DNA from: Candidatus Micrarchaeia archaeon
GTDB taxonomy: Archaea > Micrarchaeota > Micrarchaeia > Anstonellales > Bilamarchaeaceae
Length of the DNA stretch: 64,000 nucleotides
Reading direction: 5' to 3'
Assembly: GCA_046331685.1 (NCBI GenBank)
Contig: JAXLQI010000002.1
Span: 34,630-98,629, forward strand
Shown here one piece after another: positions 18,804-27,657 of this stretch. The notes under the pieces were generated by a model, which made no database searches, was not told the origin of the DNA, and saw only the letters and a program-made list of their open reading frames with translations. Position 1 is the stretch's first letter; every line of letters starts with the position of its first letter. The position numbers and the translations under genes are program-made.

Positions 18804-19475
18804 CTATCTGTATATCCACATCTTGGCTGACATGCCGTTCTTGAGCTCCTGGTAAGCAGACATATCGAATATCGCAGTGACCTCGAACTCCCGCTCCTCC
18901 CTCTTGTCTGAGATGCTGAATACGATATCGGCCTGGCGGGCCGAATCCGCCACGCTTTCGACCATCCCGCTGTACTCCTTCGGCCCGAAAGCGTCCACGG
19001 TGAATCTCACCTTCTGCCCGGGCTGTATGTCCTTCAGGCCCTTGTCCTCGGCCACCCTCCCGACCAGACGGAGCTGGCGGCGGTCGATCATAGTGACCAC
19101 GGTCTCATGCGGGTTTATATACGCGCCCGGGGTGTTCTTCACCCCGATCACGATGCCCTCGGTCTTCGATACTATGGTCTCATCGCCGACTTTGGCAAGC
19201 TTCTGGCCCATGGAGACCTGCTGGCCCTCCTCAACGTATAATTTATCCATCACGCCGGGCATGGTGGGGCTCACCGCTATGAGGGGCGCCCGAATCTCCG
19301 CCTTCTCGATATATATTTTCCCCTGCATATCCTGGAAGTAGAGGTATGTCCCGATGCTGAATGCGACGAGCAGGACGACCGCGATCTCTATGAACAGCGG
19401 ATGCTGGCGGATCCTGTGCACGACCGTTTTCTGATCATGCGGATCCTTTTGGATTTCATGCGTCATCTCAATCAC
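18804..19475 (-). CDS. HlyD/EmrA-like membrane fusion protein (short)
   Basis: TM anchor, lipoyl half-motifs VEEGQQV..GQKL / IVSKTEGIV, GQKVRFTVDAF, LKNGMSA. Confidence 0.9.
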   Translation of the reverse strand: MIEMTHEIQKDPHDQKTVVHRIRQHPLFIEIAVVLLVAFSIGTYLYFQDMQGKIYIEKAEIRAPLIAVSPTMPGVMDKLYVEEGQQVSMGQKLAKVGDETIVSKTEGIVIGVKNTPGAYINPHETVVTMIDRRQLRLVGRVAEDKGLKDIQPGQKVRFTVDAFGPKEYSGMVESVADSARQADIVFSISDKREEREFEVTAIFDMSAYQELKNGMSAKMWIYR

Positions 19476-19917
19476 TCCTGATCTTGGATACTATCCTGTT
19501 CACTTCCGCTAGGCTCTCTCCGAGCCTGGCGCAATCCTTCTCGTCAAGCCGCGAGAGGCTCCGAATAAAGCTCTGCTTGGCCTGCTCGCGCCTGCCCCTC
19601 ATGTGCCTCTTCCCCATCTCGGTCATCGCTATCCTGACGACCCTCCGGTCGTCCTTGTCCGGCTTCCTCCGGACCATCCCCTGCGATATGAGCTTGTCGA
19701 CTAGGGCCGTCATGCTCGGCTTCGAGCGGTGGAGCCTGCGGCCTATCTCCGACATCGGAAGCTCCTCATGGTCCAGAAGCCACATCATCCAGTACTCCGG
19801 GTCGTATGGAGGAGGCTTGACGCCCTTGTCCCTCATGCGCATCAGGAAGAAGATCCTCATCAGGAGGACCGCGTCCTCAGCGATGGAATCCATGCCGCTT
19901 TTCGCCATATGCACCAA
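19468..19917 (-). CDS. MarR family transcriptional regulator
   Basis: SMTALVDKL..GMVRR..DDRRVVRIAMTEMG. Confidence 0.93.
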   Translation of the reverse strand: MVHMAKSGMDSIAEDAVLLMRIFFLMRMRDKGVKPPPYDPEYWMMWLLDHEELPMSEIGRRLHRSKPSMTALVDKLISQGMVRRKPDKDDRRVVRIAMTEMGKRHMRGRREQAKQSFIRSLSRLDEKDCARLGESLAEVNRIVSKIRSD

Positions 19918-20078
19918 CCTAAAGCAGTTAAATTTGTGAATGGTTCATATAGTGAACTATTTTAATCCTTTCCGGCGGATCCACCACCTCGCCGGCTGCC
20001 TCGATCTCATGCTAGTGGCCGGTGCGCCGGTCGGGAAATCGTGGAAAATTCGCCTGGAGGGCGAACCGGACAATAAAA

Positions 20079-20121
20079 ATGCAGGAGGAAGACCCTCAGA
20101 GCAGCTCTGAAGCCTGACCTT
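20079..20121. repeat. att remnant 1 plus element-end palindrome
   Basis: 13-bp tRNA 3' copy followed by TCAGAGCAGCTCTGA-AGCCTGACCT. Confidence 0.8.
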
Positions 20122-20239
20122 TCCTTAGCGCCCTGATGTCAAAATTGGCATCAAGCAAAATATAGTCGTCTGCTGGTAATGAGGCATAGTGAATATAGTC
20201 AAGAACGAAACAATTATAAACATAAATTATCACAAAATA

Positions 20240-20770
20240 AACCATGCTACGAGTACCTCTAAATAAAGCAATTCCGACAACACCAAGGAGGACTCTTGAT
20301 TTTGCCTTGGCGCCAAAAGGGCTGAAGCCGAAATTAAATGGCTTTTGAAAAGTACAATGAAGGTACGGAAGCTCGGAGCGAACCTGCCGAGCTTGCAGAT
20401 TATTGGTTTTTTGAGACGGTCGTGAGGCTGCACCGGGGCGGGGAAGGGGCCCCATACACGGGATTGAACCCGGTGGTGCTCGGCGGAAGCCCGGCGCTGC
20501 GGGCAGAACGCTGCATCGAGAAAGGAGATCCGAAGGAAGTGGTAGCGTTCCTGCACGTCACTGGGGTACAGATGCAGCGGATGTTCAAGGAAGCGATGGT
20601 AAAGAAAAGAATTAGTGATGAAAATGATGTTGACGCCGCACGTGAATATGTAGAAGCGATGCTTGGCTTCATATTGTATTCCCATGGCCCGTACAAGTGG
20701 CGATAAAGAGCGGAGGCCCCATGGTGAAAAGGGGAAGGAGGAGAACGCGGAGGCCACAAGCATTGAGTTT
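20240..20770 (+). pseudogene. DUF6448-like gene, frameshifted
   Basis: ELADYWFFETVVRLHRGGEGAPYTGL and DVDAAREYVEAML motifs; N-terminus disrupted; boundaries approximate. Confidence 0.7.
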
Positions 20771-20820
20771 AGGAAAGCGATCTGATATTCGTTTTTGTGG
20801 GCGCGCTGAACGTACCTATC

Positions 20821-20872
20821 GGTCGTGCCCCTTGCAAGCAGAATTCCGCCCAATGGTTACAGTCCTGAACCA
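20821..20872. repeat. ~51-bp element-end repeat, copy of 25670-25720
   Basis: GGTCGTGCCCCTT..GCAGAATTCYGCCCAATGGTTACAGWCCYGAACCA in both places. Confidence 0.9.
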
Positions 20873-20880
20873 TTAGTGGT

Positions 20881-20921
20881 ATGCAGAGGAAGGACTTCAG
20901 AGCTGCTCTGAGGTCTGACCT
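20881..20921. repeat. att remnant 2 plus element-end palindrome
   Basis: ATGCAG-AGGAAGGA (one G missing versus the tRNA), then TCAGAGCTGCTCTGA-GGTCTGACCT. Confidence 0.78.
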
Positions 20922-21157
20922 TGGCAATATCCACTGTCCGACATTGACTGTAGCGAGCGAGGCTACGTTTTGTTCTGTTTTTAGTTTCTTGATGGTAAAT
21001 TTTGCATAACTCGACTTCGGAAATCAGTTGGTAGGTATAAGATAACGGGATTACTAATATTAACTGTCTCGTCCAACCAAGTAAAAACTTCGGAACAATA
21101 AACAAAGTCAATGCAATACAAAGATGGTAAAGAAAACATATCAACTAAAGGTGCCTT

Positions 21158-21797
21158 TTAAACGAGACAAACCATGAACATTTCGAAGTATCTCAAATTA
21201 ATAAATAGAAAATACAGATACAATGTGGTAATGCTATCAGAAATGGGATATGATATAAAAAGGCAGAGATGATCACGCCTAGAATCGTTGGTGGGACGAT
21301 TGCAACCCAACTGCCCAAGATCACGGCTGACCACAGCCAGCAGCCCAGACGGAAAGAAGACTTGCAAGAAAAGGAATATGATAAGCAAAGGAGACGATAT
21401 CGAATAAATGACCAGAGAAGAAAAGGTATAACAATGTAAATAATCTAGGTAGCGTGCTTTGCCCCCAACCCGTTTACCAATGAAAAATATTAACCAAGGA
21501 AAAAAGGTATAATCACCAAAACTTGATAAATATGACAACGGTGCCCAGCATGACTTTGGAAAAATCCCCATAATCTGCACCTTGCGAGTATTCATTCATT
21601 ATAAAAGGAAGACCTATTACCAATGCAAGAAATGAGGGAAACATTGCGGCACACTAGATTTCTTATGATGATAGACCAAGAGGCATTGGAAAGCTCTTTC
21701 TGACAAATCATTCATTTTGTTTGGGCGAAGAAAAGAATGAACAAATCCCATATTTGCATGGATGTGTATTAGTTGGTTGGGTAATTAAACCCTTCAT
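21158..21797 (-). pseudogene. Yip1-like multi-pass membrane protein, frameshifted
   Basis: WLIFFIGKRVGGKARY segment, hydrophobic fragments in several frames, AT-rich; boundaries approximate. Confidence 0.5.
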
Positions 21798-21978
21798 AGA
21801 TCCCTCTTTTTTAAGCTCTGCTTCTCAGAACAGTACTCGGCGAGATGATCTTACTCTCGCATAAAATTTGTTATCGTAGCAGATGTGGCCTTCAGACCTG
21901 CGATCTGTTCTGAGTTCCTCAGGACAGACGAACTGGATCTGAGGTTCCCAAGCGGGTAAGATCTCAGACCAGATCTGA

Positions 21979-22012
21979 ATGCAGGAGGGAAAACGCTGAG
22001 CCCAGGGCTCAG
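21979..22012. repeat. att remnant 3 plus palindrome
   Basis: ATGCAGGAGG (10-bp tRNA-end match), then CTGAGCCC-A-GGGCTCAG. Confidence 0.6.
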
Positions 22013-22499
22013 AACAGAGCCGTTCAAAGACCCGTCCGATTGGTTCGAAACTTCCCTCCCGTAATAACCATTTGGTTCAGGTCAGAACAGAGTCCCGTTT
22101 TGACCTCTCAACCGAGTGGCCGCTCTGGTTGGAGAGCTATATAAAGTTATGGCTCAACAATATTTTCTATGGCAAAACCAATAATTGAGGCTTGCAAACT
22201 GTCCCCGGCAACTCAAATTTGGGATTACAGCTGCCGTTGCATTGCGAAGTTCTGGGCTGAATTCTTCCGGGCTCTGTTAGAGGATTTATTCAAAGGAGTA
22301 CTGCTAATCTTTTATCCGATTGCTACCGCAGATTTTTTTACTGCTATCCTGGCCTCGGTTTTGCTATGCGATACTGCTTTTTTACCGGAAAATTACTTTA
22401 TGGCTTAAGAAAGTCAAAGTGTGATAAATATTAAGATATAACTGTCTGTGATGGCACGTGTGGCTTAAGGCCTGACTCCCCTCAATATTTCCTTTGAAA

Positions 22500-23450
22500 T
22501 TACTTTTGCCGCCCTTTCCCTGTCCCGGGAACCCGACTATGTCGATGGTCTGGGATGCGAGCTGTATCCCATCTGTCTTCTGCACCTCTTCAGGATGCGG
22601 CCGCTCAGTCGATTGAATGTCTGGCGCCTCAACCGACTTCGGCAACATAACGAATGCTCATCGATATCCAATTATCCGTCAGCTTGATGAATATCTGGGG
22701 TTCGACATCCTTCTGCTGGAAGAAGTATTTCTCTCCCATGCCGGCCAGTTCCTTCGAGGCTTTTTTCACGGTCTCTAGCGTTTCTTTCCTTGCAACGTCT
22801 GAAAAAGGGTTATGGCCTTTTCCAATCGCTGTCGTATGTCACTGAACCCAAATTTCATCCCAGATGAATTCATGGTCTTTAGCAGTATAGTTTTGTATAA
22901 TCCCTGAAATGACATGGCTATTCGGGATGATCGTGAGCCTGCCTGTAGCCTGGTCGCCTTCAATCCATTCCCTCGTCTCAAGCAATGTCGTGTAAAAGAT
23001 ACCTATATTGACAACATCCCCATAGACAGAGTCTATCTGGACGCGGTCTCCGACCGAATAAACCCGCGTGAGAAGGAGTATTGCGCCCCCCGCCATATTT
23101 TTAAAAACATCCTGAAGGGCTATTGCGATGGCCGCGGCAATGAGGCCGTATGCTACGAGAATTGCCTCCGGGTTAGGGATCCATATCGTTATCACGACTG
23201 CGATGACGACAATTGCATTGATGATGGAGACTATCCTTCGAAGCTCGAACTTCCTGCGGCTGTCCTTCACAGTCCCTGTGATGGCGTCTTCGACCACTAT
23301 CTTGAAGATGGCGTATACCACCGCCAATGCAGCGAAGGTGTAAAATGCTTTCAGAAGGTACTCATTCTGATATACTGAGTTCGCATACCAAAGAGCTGCG
23401 GATGCAATGAGCAGCCCTGTGAACACCAGAACCTTTCTGATTGAAATCAA
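22500..23450 (-). pseudogene. mscS: MscS mechanosensitive channel, frameshifted
   Basis: ALQDVFKNMAGG, YSVGDRVQI, GDVVNIGIFYT, IPNS; the C-terminal part continues in other frames after 22840. Confidence 0.85.
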
Positions 23451-23525
23451 ATTTACACCCTGGTTTCTTGGTCAGAAGAGAGGCACAACCAAAGTTTATA
23501 AAATATCGTGCGTAGCAGGTAAGAT

Positions 23526-23933
23526 GTGCCTATGTTCAAAGAGCGAGAAGGAACGAAAATGAGGAAGGTGATGCGGCGACCGGGCAGCCAGGTTGCCAGA
23601 AGACGGCCAGAAAATGTTAAAAGATGCATTTACTGCGGGAAACGCGTTGTCCGCTTTTTTTGGAAATATGGGAAGAAGATTTCGTGCTACTCCTGTCACT
23701 TTCGCCATGCTTCGAGCATAAAACGCAGTAAGAAGAAAATTTCTGGAAATCTTAAGCAAGATGATATGAATCGGAGTTTACGAAGGGCTGCGCGTCGCGA
23801 GTGGATTGTTCAGCCTGACCAGAGGGTTATTGAAAATCTTGAGGGTCCGGGTTCCGGTCCGCCAAAGCGCAGAAAACAGAGGCCGTTCAGAAAATTGCGC
23901 AATGCCTTGAAGATTGAGGGAATACAATACTGA
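23526..23933 (+). CDS. Basic zinc-finger-like hypothetical protein
   Basis: CIYC...CYSC, Arg/Lys-rich; start uncertain. Confidence 0.5.
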   Translation: MPMFKEREGTKMRKVMRRPGSQVARRRPENVKRCIYCGKRVVRFFWKYGKKISCYSCHFRHASSIKRSKKKISGNLKQDDMNRSLRRAARREWIVQPDQRVIENLEGPGSGPPKRRKQRPFRKLRNALKIEGIQY

Positions 23934-24029
23934 TGGATTCAGACAGGATTGGCTGGCACAATAAAATAATAGATTCGCCTTTCTTGAATTACTGCGAGAG
24001 ATAGCGCCTAATTCTGCGATTTTCAAATA

Positions 24030-24330
24030 AATTTTGACCTGTATTTGGTCAAAATTATTTAAGGAAAGTTTTGAACTCGCTGTTTGACCTCACGCAGGGG
24101 TTCTCCGTGCAACCAAGATCATGAATGTCGTAATTCTGGAAAGTGCTTTCCCGTATGAAGGTCAAAAAGATATCGGATGGGCCTAGATAAAAATCATTTT
24201 GAGCCATTCTTGCATATCTCAAAGAGATGGCTTCTATCTCCTTGATTTCCACTCAAATTTTGACCTGTTTCTGGTCAAAATTTTTCGAGGAAAAATTTGA
24301 CCTAATGATTTTGACCTCATAGGTCAGAAT
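24030..24330. repeat. TTTTGACC-N7-GGTCAAAA palindromic sites
   Basis: Copies at 24030-24056 and 24255-24283; related shorter site at 24308-24330. Confidence 0.8.
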
Positions 24331-24343
24331 GAAGCTGGCCCAT

Positions 24344-25561
24344 TCATTGAAAGCTATTGTTTAGCCCCATCTCGAAAATCTTGCGGAGCATCATGTCCTT
24401 GAACTCATTATCCTGCATCAGCCGGTTCATGATGCCATCGGTAGCTTGCCGGTCCTTCTCAAGAGAGAAGATAAGGTTCTCATCGAGAGGCAGACCGCAT
24501 TTAACGCAGTATTTGGAGGCTGGAGAGTTGTTCTCCTTGCAGCGCTGGCAGCTCTTGGCCTTGATTTTTTCCTCTTGGCTTACCTCGTCATGGGCAAGGC
24601 CTTGCAGCTTCAAGAGCGCATTATCCACGTCGCGCCCGCTCAGATGGACATACGTAGAAGCCATATCCGAACCTTGAACCCACCCAAAGTATTCTTTCAT
24701 CTGCGCCTCCGTGAGCTTTCCGGCCAGCGCCGTAGCTCTGGAGTGGCGGAAAAGATGGGGGTGGATATGCTTCTTTATGCCAGCCTTGTCTGCCAGATTC
24801 CGCAGGAGCTTATAGACTGAGCGGTGGTCCATGCACTGAATCATGTTCTTTGTCTTCCATTTCGCGCACTTGGGCGGCCAAAGTGGGGCGTTCGGCTCGT
24901 CCTTTCTTCGATAGTTATCGACCCATTGGGCCAAAGCGGGCGCAGAGCTGATTATCCTTACCCTTCTATCTCCTGTTTTGCCGGTAACCCTCAGGACTGC
25001 CCCGTATTGGTCGAATTTGACGTTTTGCATACTGAGGGTGAGTATTTCCCCTATCCGGCACCCGGATTCGTATAAAACCAATACAAACGCCTTATCCCTT
25101 GGGTTTTCGGCTTGGCTGACTATCCTAAGGACTTCGTCCTCTGTCAAAAGGTCTTCAGGCAGCTTGTGTTTCTCGTTTTTCAGCTTGGGTTTCAGCCAGC
25201 TTATCTCCGGCGGGAAAGTCTCATCGTTGCCTTTGAGCCACTTATAGAACATCTTAAGGACGATTTTGAAGTCAAGGCGGGTATATTCCGCGTATTTGGG
25301 GTTGTTTTCAAGTCCCCCGACCAAGGTAATGAGATCCTCCTTTGTGGCCTTTCCGAACGGCTTGTTTAGCCATCCTGCAAGGAATCTTAGGCAATATACG
25401 ACCTTTGCCACACGGCCATGAGTCGCCCCCTTCGCCAAGCGGATTTTAGAAAAAGCGATGATGCTTTCCTTGTTCTCTTTGCTAACCGCCCGGTCTTTAT
25501 TGAGGTTTTCTATCGCCAGTTCAAGACGCCTGGGATAGTTGTATAGACCAAATCCATCCAT
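24344..25561 (-). CDS. Tyrosine recombinase/integrase with C-terminal zinc ribbon
   Basis: YESGCRIGE, GKTG, HPHLFRHSRAT, YFGW..S.M..YVH, CQRC...CVKC. Confidence 0.96.
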   Translation of the reverse strand: MDGFGLYNYPRRLELAIENLNKDRAVSKENKESIIAFSKIRLAKGATHGRVAKVVYCLRFLAGWLNKPFGKATKEDLITLVGGLENNPKYAEYTRLDFKIVLKMFYKWLKGNDETFPPEISWLKPKLKNEKHKLPEDLLTEDEVLRIVSQAENPRDKAFVLVLYESGCRIGEILTLSMQNVKFDQYGAVLRVTGKTGDRRVRIISSAPALAQWVDNYRRKDEPNAPLWPPKCAKWKTKNMIQCMDHRSVYKLLRNLADKAGIKKHIHPHLFRHSRATALAGKLTEAQMKEYFGWVQGSDMASTYVHLSGRDVDNALLKLQGLAHDEVSQEEKIKAKSCQRCKENNSPASKYCVKCGLPLDENLIFSLEKDRQATDGIMNRLMQDNEFKDMMLRKIFEMGLNNSFQ

Positions 25562-25729
25562 GTTTTCACTCCGGCTGGAGGTCTATTTTAGGGTTCCGAC
25601 AAATCGACGCTTCGATTTGTGGACCATTAAATTGCCCCCGTCTTTTTGCAGTTTCTGGGCAATTTAATTGGTCGTGCCCCTTTGGGCAGAATTCTGCCCA
25701 ATGGTTACAGACCCGAACCAAAAAGATGA

Positions 25730-25922
25730 TGCAGGAGGAAGGATTCGAACCTTCGAAGGCGCTGAGCCAACAGATCTCCCAAACCGCGTTTGGAAAGGGA
25801 AAATAACGCAGCTAATCCGGCCTCCTGAAACCTCTGGCTTTTCGCGGGCATTTTGCCCTTAGAAAAGCGGAGGTCAAAAGGCCCCTTGAGTCTGCCACGT
25901 TTGACCGCTTCGCTACTCCTGC
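25730..25922 (-). tRNA. tRNA-Leu(CAA) with 109-nt intron (25776-25884)
   Basis: GCAGGAG/CTCCTGC acceptor, GCAGA-CT-CAA-G, long variable arm, GGTTCGAATCC; BHB with CTCA/TGGG helix. Confidence 0.92.
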
Positions 25923-26072
25923 AGAAAATTTCCTCCGGTTTGACTTCGGGTAAATTTTCTATCAACGCACCTGAACGACGATTCGTTCAAGGCGCAAAGG
26001 GAACGCAGTTCCCTTATGACTTCCTGAGATGAACTTAGGAATTATTGATAATGCGACTGAATAAAATAAAAG

Positions 26073-26345
26073 CTAATATTCGACGACTATCTTGCCCTTT
26101 TTTATCTTGCACTGGCACATCAGCCGCTCGGTCGGGTCCGTCGCGAACGTGGCGAGGCCGGCCTGCTCTAGCTCGTTCGGAGCCTCGAGGTTGTCCATGC
26201 CTTCGACCACCCTGACCTTGCACGAGGCGCAGCTGCCTGTCTTGCATGCGAAGAGTATAGAGCATTTGCCATCCAGCTCGGCGAGGAGAGACCCGTCAGG
26301 GACCTCGACAGAAGCGCTGTCGTTCTTGACTTCTACCGTTGCCAT
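26073..26345 (-). CDS. [2Fe-2S] ferredoxin
   Basis: FACKTGSCASC...RLMCQ. Confidence 0.93.
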   Translation of the reverse strand: MATVEVKNDSASVEVPDGSLLAELDGKCSILFACKTGSCASCKVRVVEGMDNLEAPNELEQAGLATFATDPTERLMCQCKIKKGKIVVEY

Positions 26346-26400
26346 GTGATCACGGAATCCAATCTCTCCAACAGAATATAAATCTTCATCTCCGGGCCGG

Positions 26401-27000
26401 TTATTTCCTCGCGAAGACCAGGTAGGCGGTATGCATGAGTCCGAAATGCTTCGGCCTGAAGCCGAAGTCCCTCACTTCATACTCTCTCATGATCGTCTCG
26501 ATGGTGAAGACCTCAGAGAAAAACTTCGAGGCCTCGAGATGCAGGGCCTTGGCCTGCTCGGACTGGAGGCAGTGCGCCGCGAGGTAGCCTCCCTTCCTCA
26601 GGGCGTCGTGGGCGGGTTTGGCCATCTTCTCGGCATCTGCGATGTCGCAGAACACGAGATCCCAGGTCTCGTCGCTCTCCTCTATGCCATGGAGCACGTC
26701 ATGGAGGCGGAAAGTGACGTTCCCGAGGCCGGCGCGTCCGACGTTGGATTCGGCCAGCTCAAGGAACTCCTTCCTCTTCTCGTATGACTTGACCTCTTTC
26801 ACGATGTTCGCGAACTGGACCGTCATGAACCCGGAGCCGGAGCCGAGCTCTATCACTCTCGATTCCTTCCCTATCCCGGTGTATGCTATCACCATGCCGG
26901 CATCCTTGGGCAAGGTCACGGCCGGCCCCCCCCGCCTCAACCGGTTGAGCAGGGGCGGGAAATGAAAATCAGGCTTCTTCTCCATGGAATCCTCTCGCAC
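26401..27000 (-). CDS. trmI: tRNA m1A57/58 methyltransferase (catalytic domain only)
   Basis: RRGGPAVTLPKDAG, ELGSGSG, RPKH..LMHTAYLVFARK. Confidence 0.88.
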   Translation of the reverse strand: MREDSMEKKPDFHFPPLLNRLRRGGPAVTLPKDAGMVIAYTGIGKESRVIELGSGSGFMTVQFANIVKEVKSYEKRKEFLELAESNVGRAGLGNVTFRLHDVLHGIEESDETWDLVFCDIADAEKMAKPAHDALRKGGYLAAHCLQSEQAKALHLEASKFFSEVFTIETIMREYEVRDFGFRPKHFGLMHTAYLVFARK

Positions 27001-27037
27001 GCTAAATTATTTAATAAGCTCCCACGCAGTCCTTCAC

Positions 27038-27373
27038 ATGGCCAAATCCGGTTCACTCAGGAAGCGCTATGTGCTATTCAGCTACAGCGGGCCGGCCACG
27101 GACGAAGGGCAGCTGAAACGGGCCCTCTATGCCGAAGCCCTGAGGTTCTTCGGGGAACTGGGCCTCTCGCATGCGGCGATAAAGCTTGTATCATTCGACA
27201 AGGGGAAAAATGCCGGGATCCTGCGCTGCGAGCGCGATCATCTGGACAGCGTCCTCGGCTTCCTTGCGCTGATCAGCTCGCTCGAAGGCTCCGAGACGCG
27301 CCTCGTCGCCGTAAGATCCAGCGGGACCCTCAAGAGCCTGGAAAACGAGTTCTTGTCCACCCATTCCAGGTAA
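27038..27373 (+). CDS. rnp2: RNase P protein Pop5/Rpp14
   Basis: LRKRYVLF, FFGELG, GILRC, SSGTLKSL. Confidence 0.88.
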   Translation: MAKSGSLRKRYVLFSYSGPATDEGQLKRALYAEALRFFGELGLSHAAIKLVSFDKGKNAGILRCERDHLDSVLGFLALISSLEGSETRLVAVRSSGTLKSLENEFLSTHSR

Positions 27374-27648
27374 TTCTTCTCCCCGCCCTTGATTTCGAGG
27401 AAGACTATCTCCGGGACCTTGTGCGGGTGGGTCTGTTTTATATGGGCCTCGACCTTCGGATATGCTTTCATGGTCGTCTTTATGAGGAGCAGGTATTCGG
27501 CCCCTGACTCTATCCTCCCCTTCCACCGATAGACCGAATCCTCGATCTTGATCATGCTCGCGCAGGCGGCGTATTCCTTCTCGACCACATCCATCGCCGC
27601 CTTCGCGGCCGTCTCCCGGTCAGGGTACGTTGAAAGGACCAGTATCAT
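27238..27648 (-). CDS. cutA: Divalent-cation tolerance protein CutA with C-terminal extension
   Basis: AAC, SVYRWKG, E.LLLIKT, HPHKVPEI, YLEWV. Confidence 0.92.
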   Translation of the reverse strand: MILVLSTYPDRETAAKAAMDVVEKEYAACASMIKIEDSVYRWKGRIESGAEYLLLIKTTMKAYPKVEAHIKQTHPHKVPEIVFLEIKGGEKNYLEWVDKNSFSRLLRVPLDLTATRRVSEPSSELISARKPRTLSR

Positions 27649-27657
27649 GAACCTTAT

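Larger units (their letters stand above)
20079..25741. mobile_element. Tandem integrated elements (genomic island) at tRNA-Leu 3' end
   Basis: ATGCAGGAGGAAG at 20079-20091 duplicates the tRNA-Leu 3' end (25729-25741); lower GC; tyrosine integrase next to the tRNA. Confidence 0.88.

Noticed and set aside
20079-24330. CRISPR array or classical integron attC array
   Set aside because: Repeats are few, kb-spaced and tRNA-derived; there are no cas genes, and I could not identify an IntI-specific insertion or attC R-box pairs
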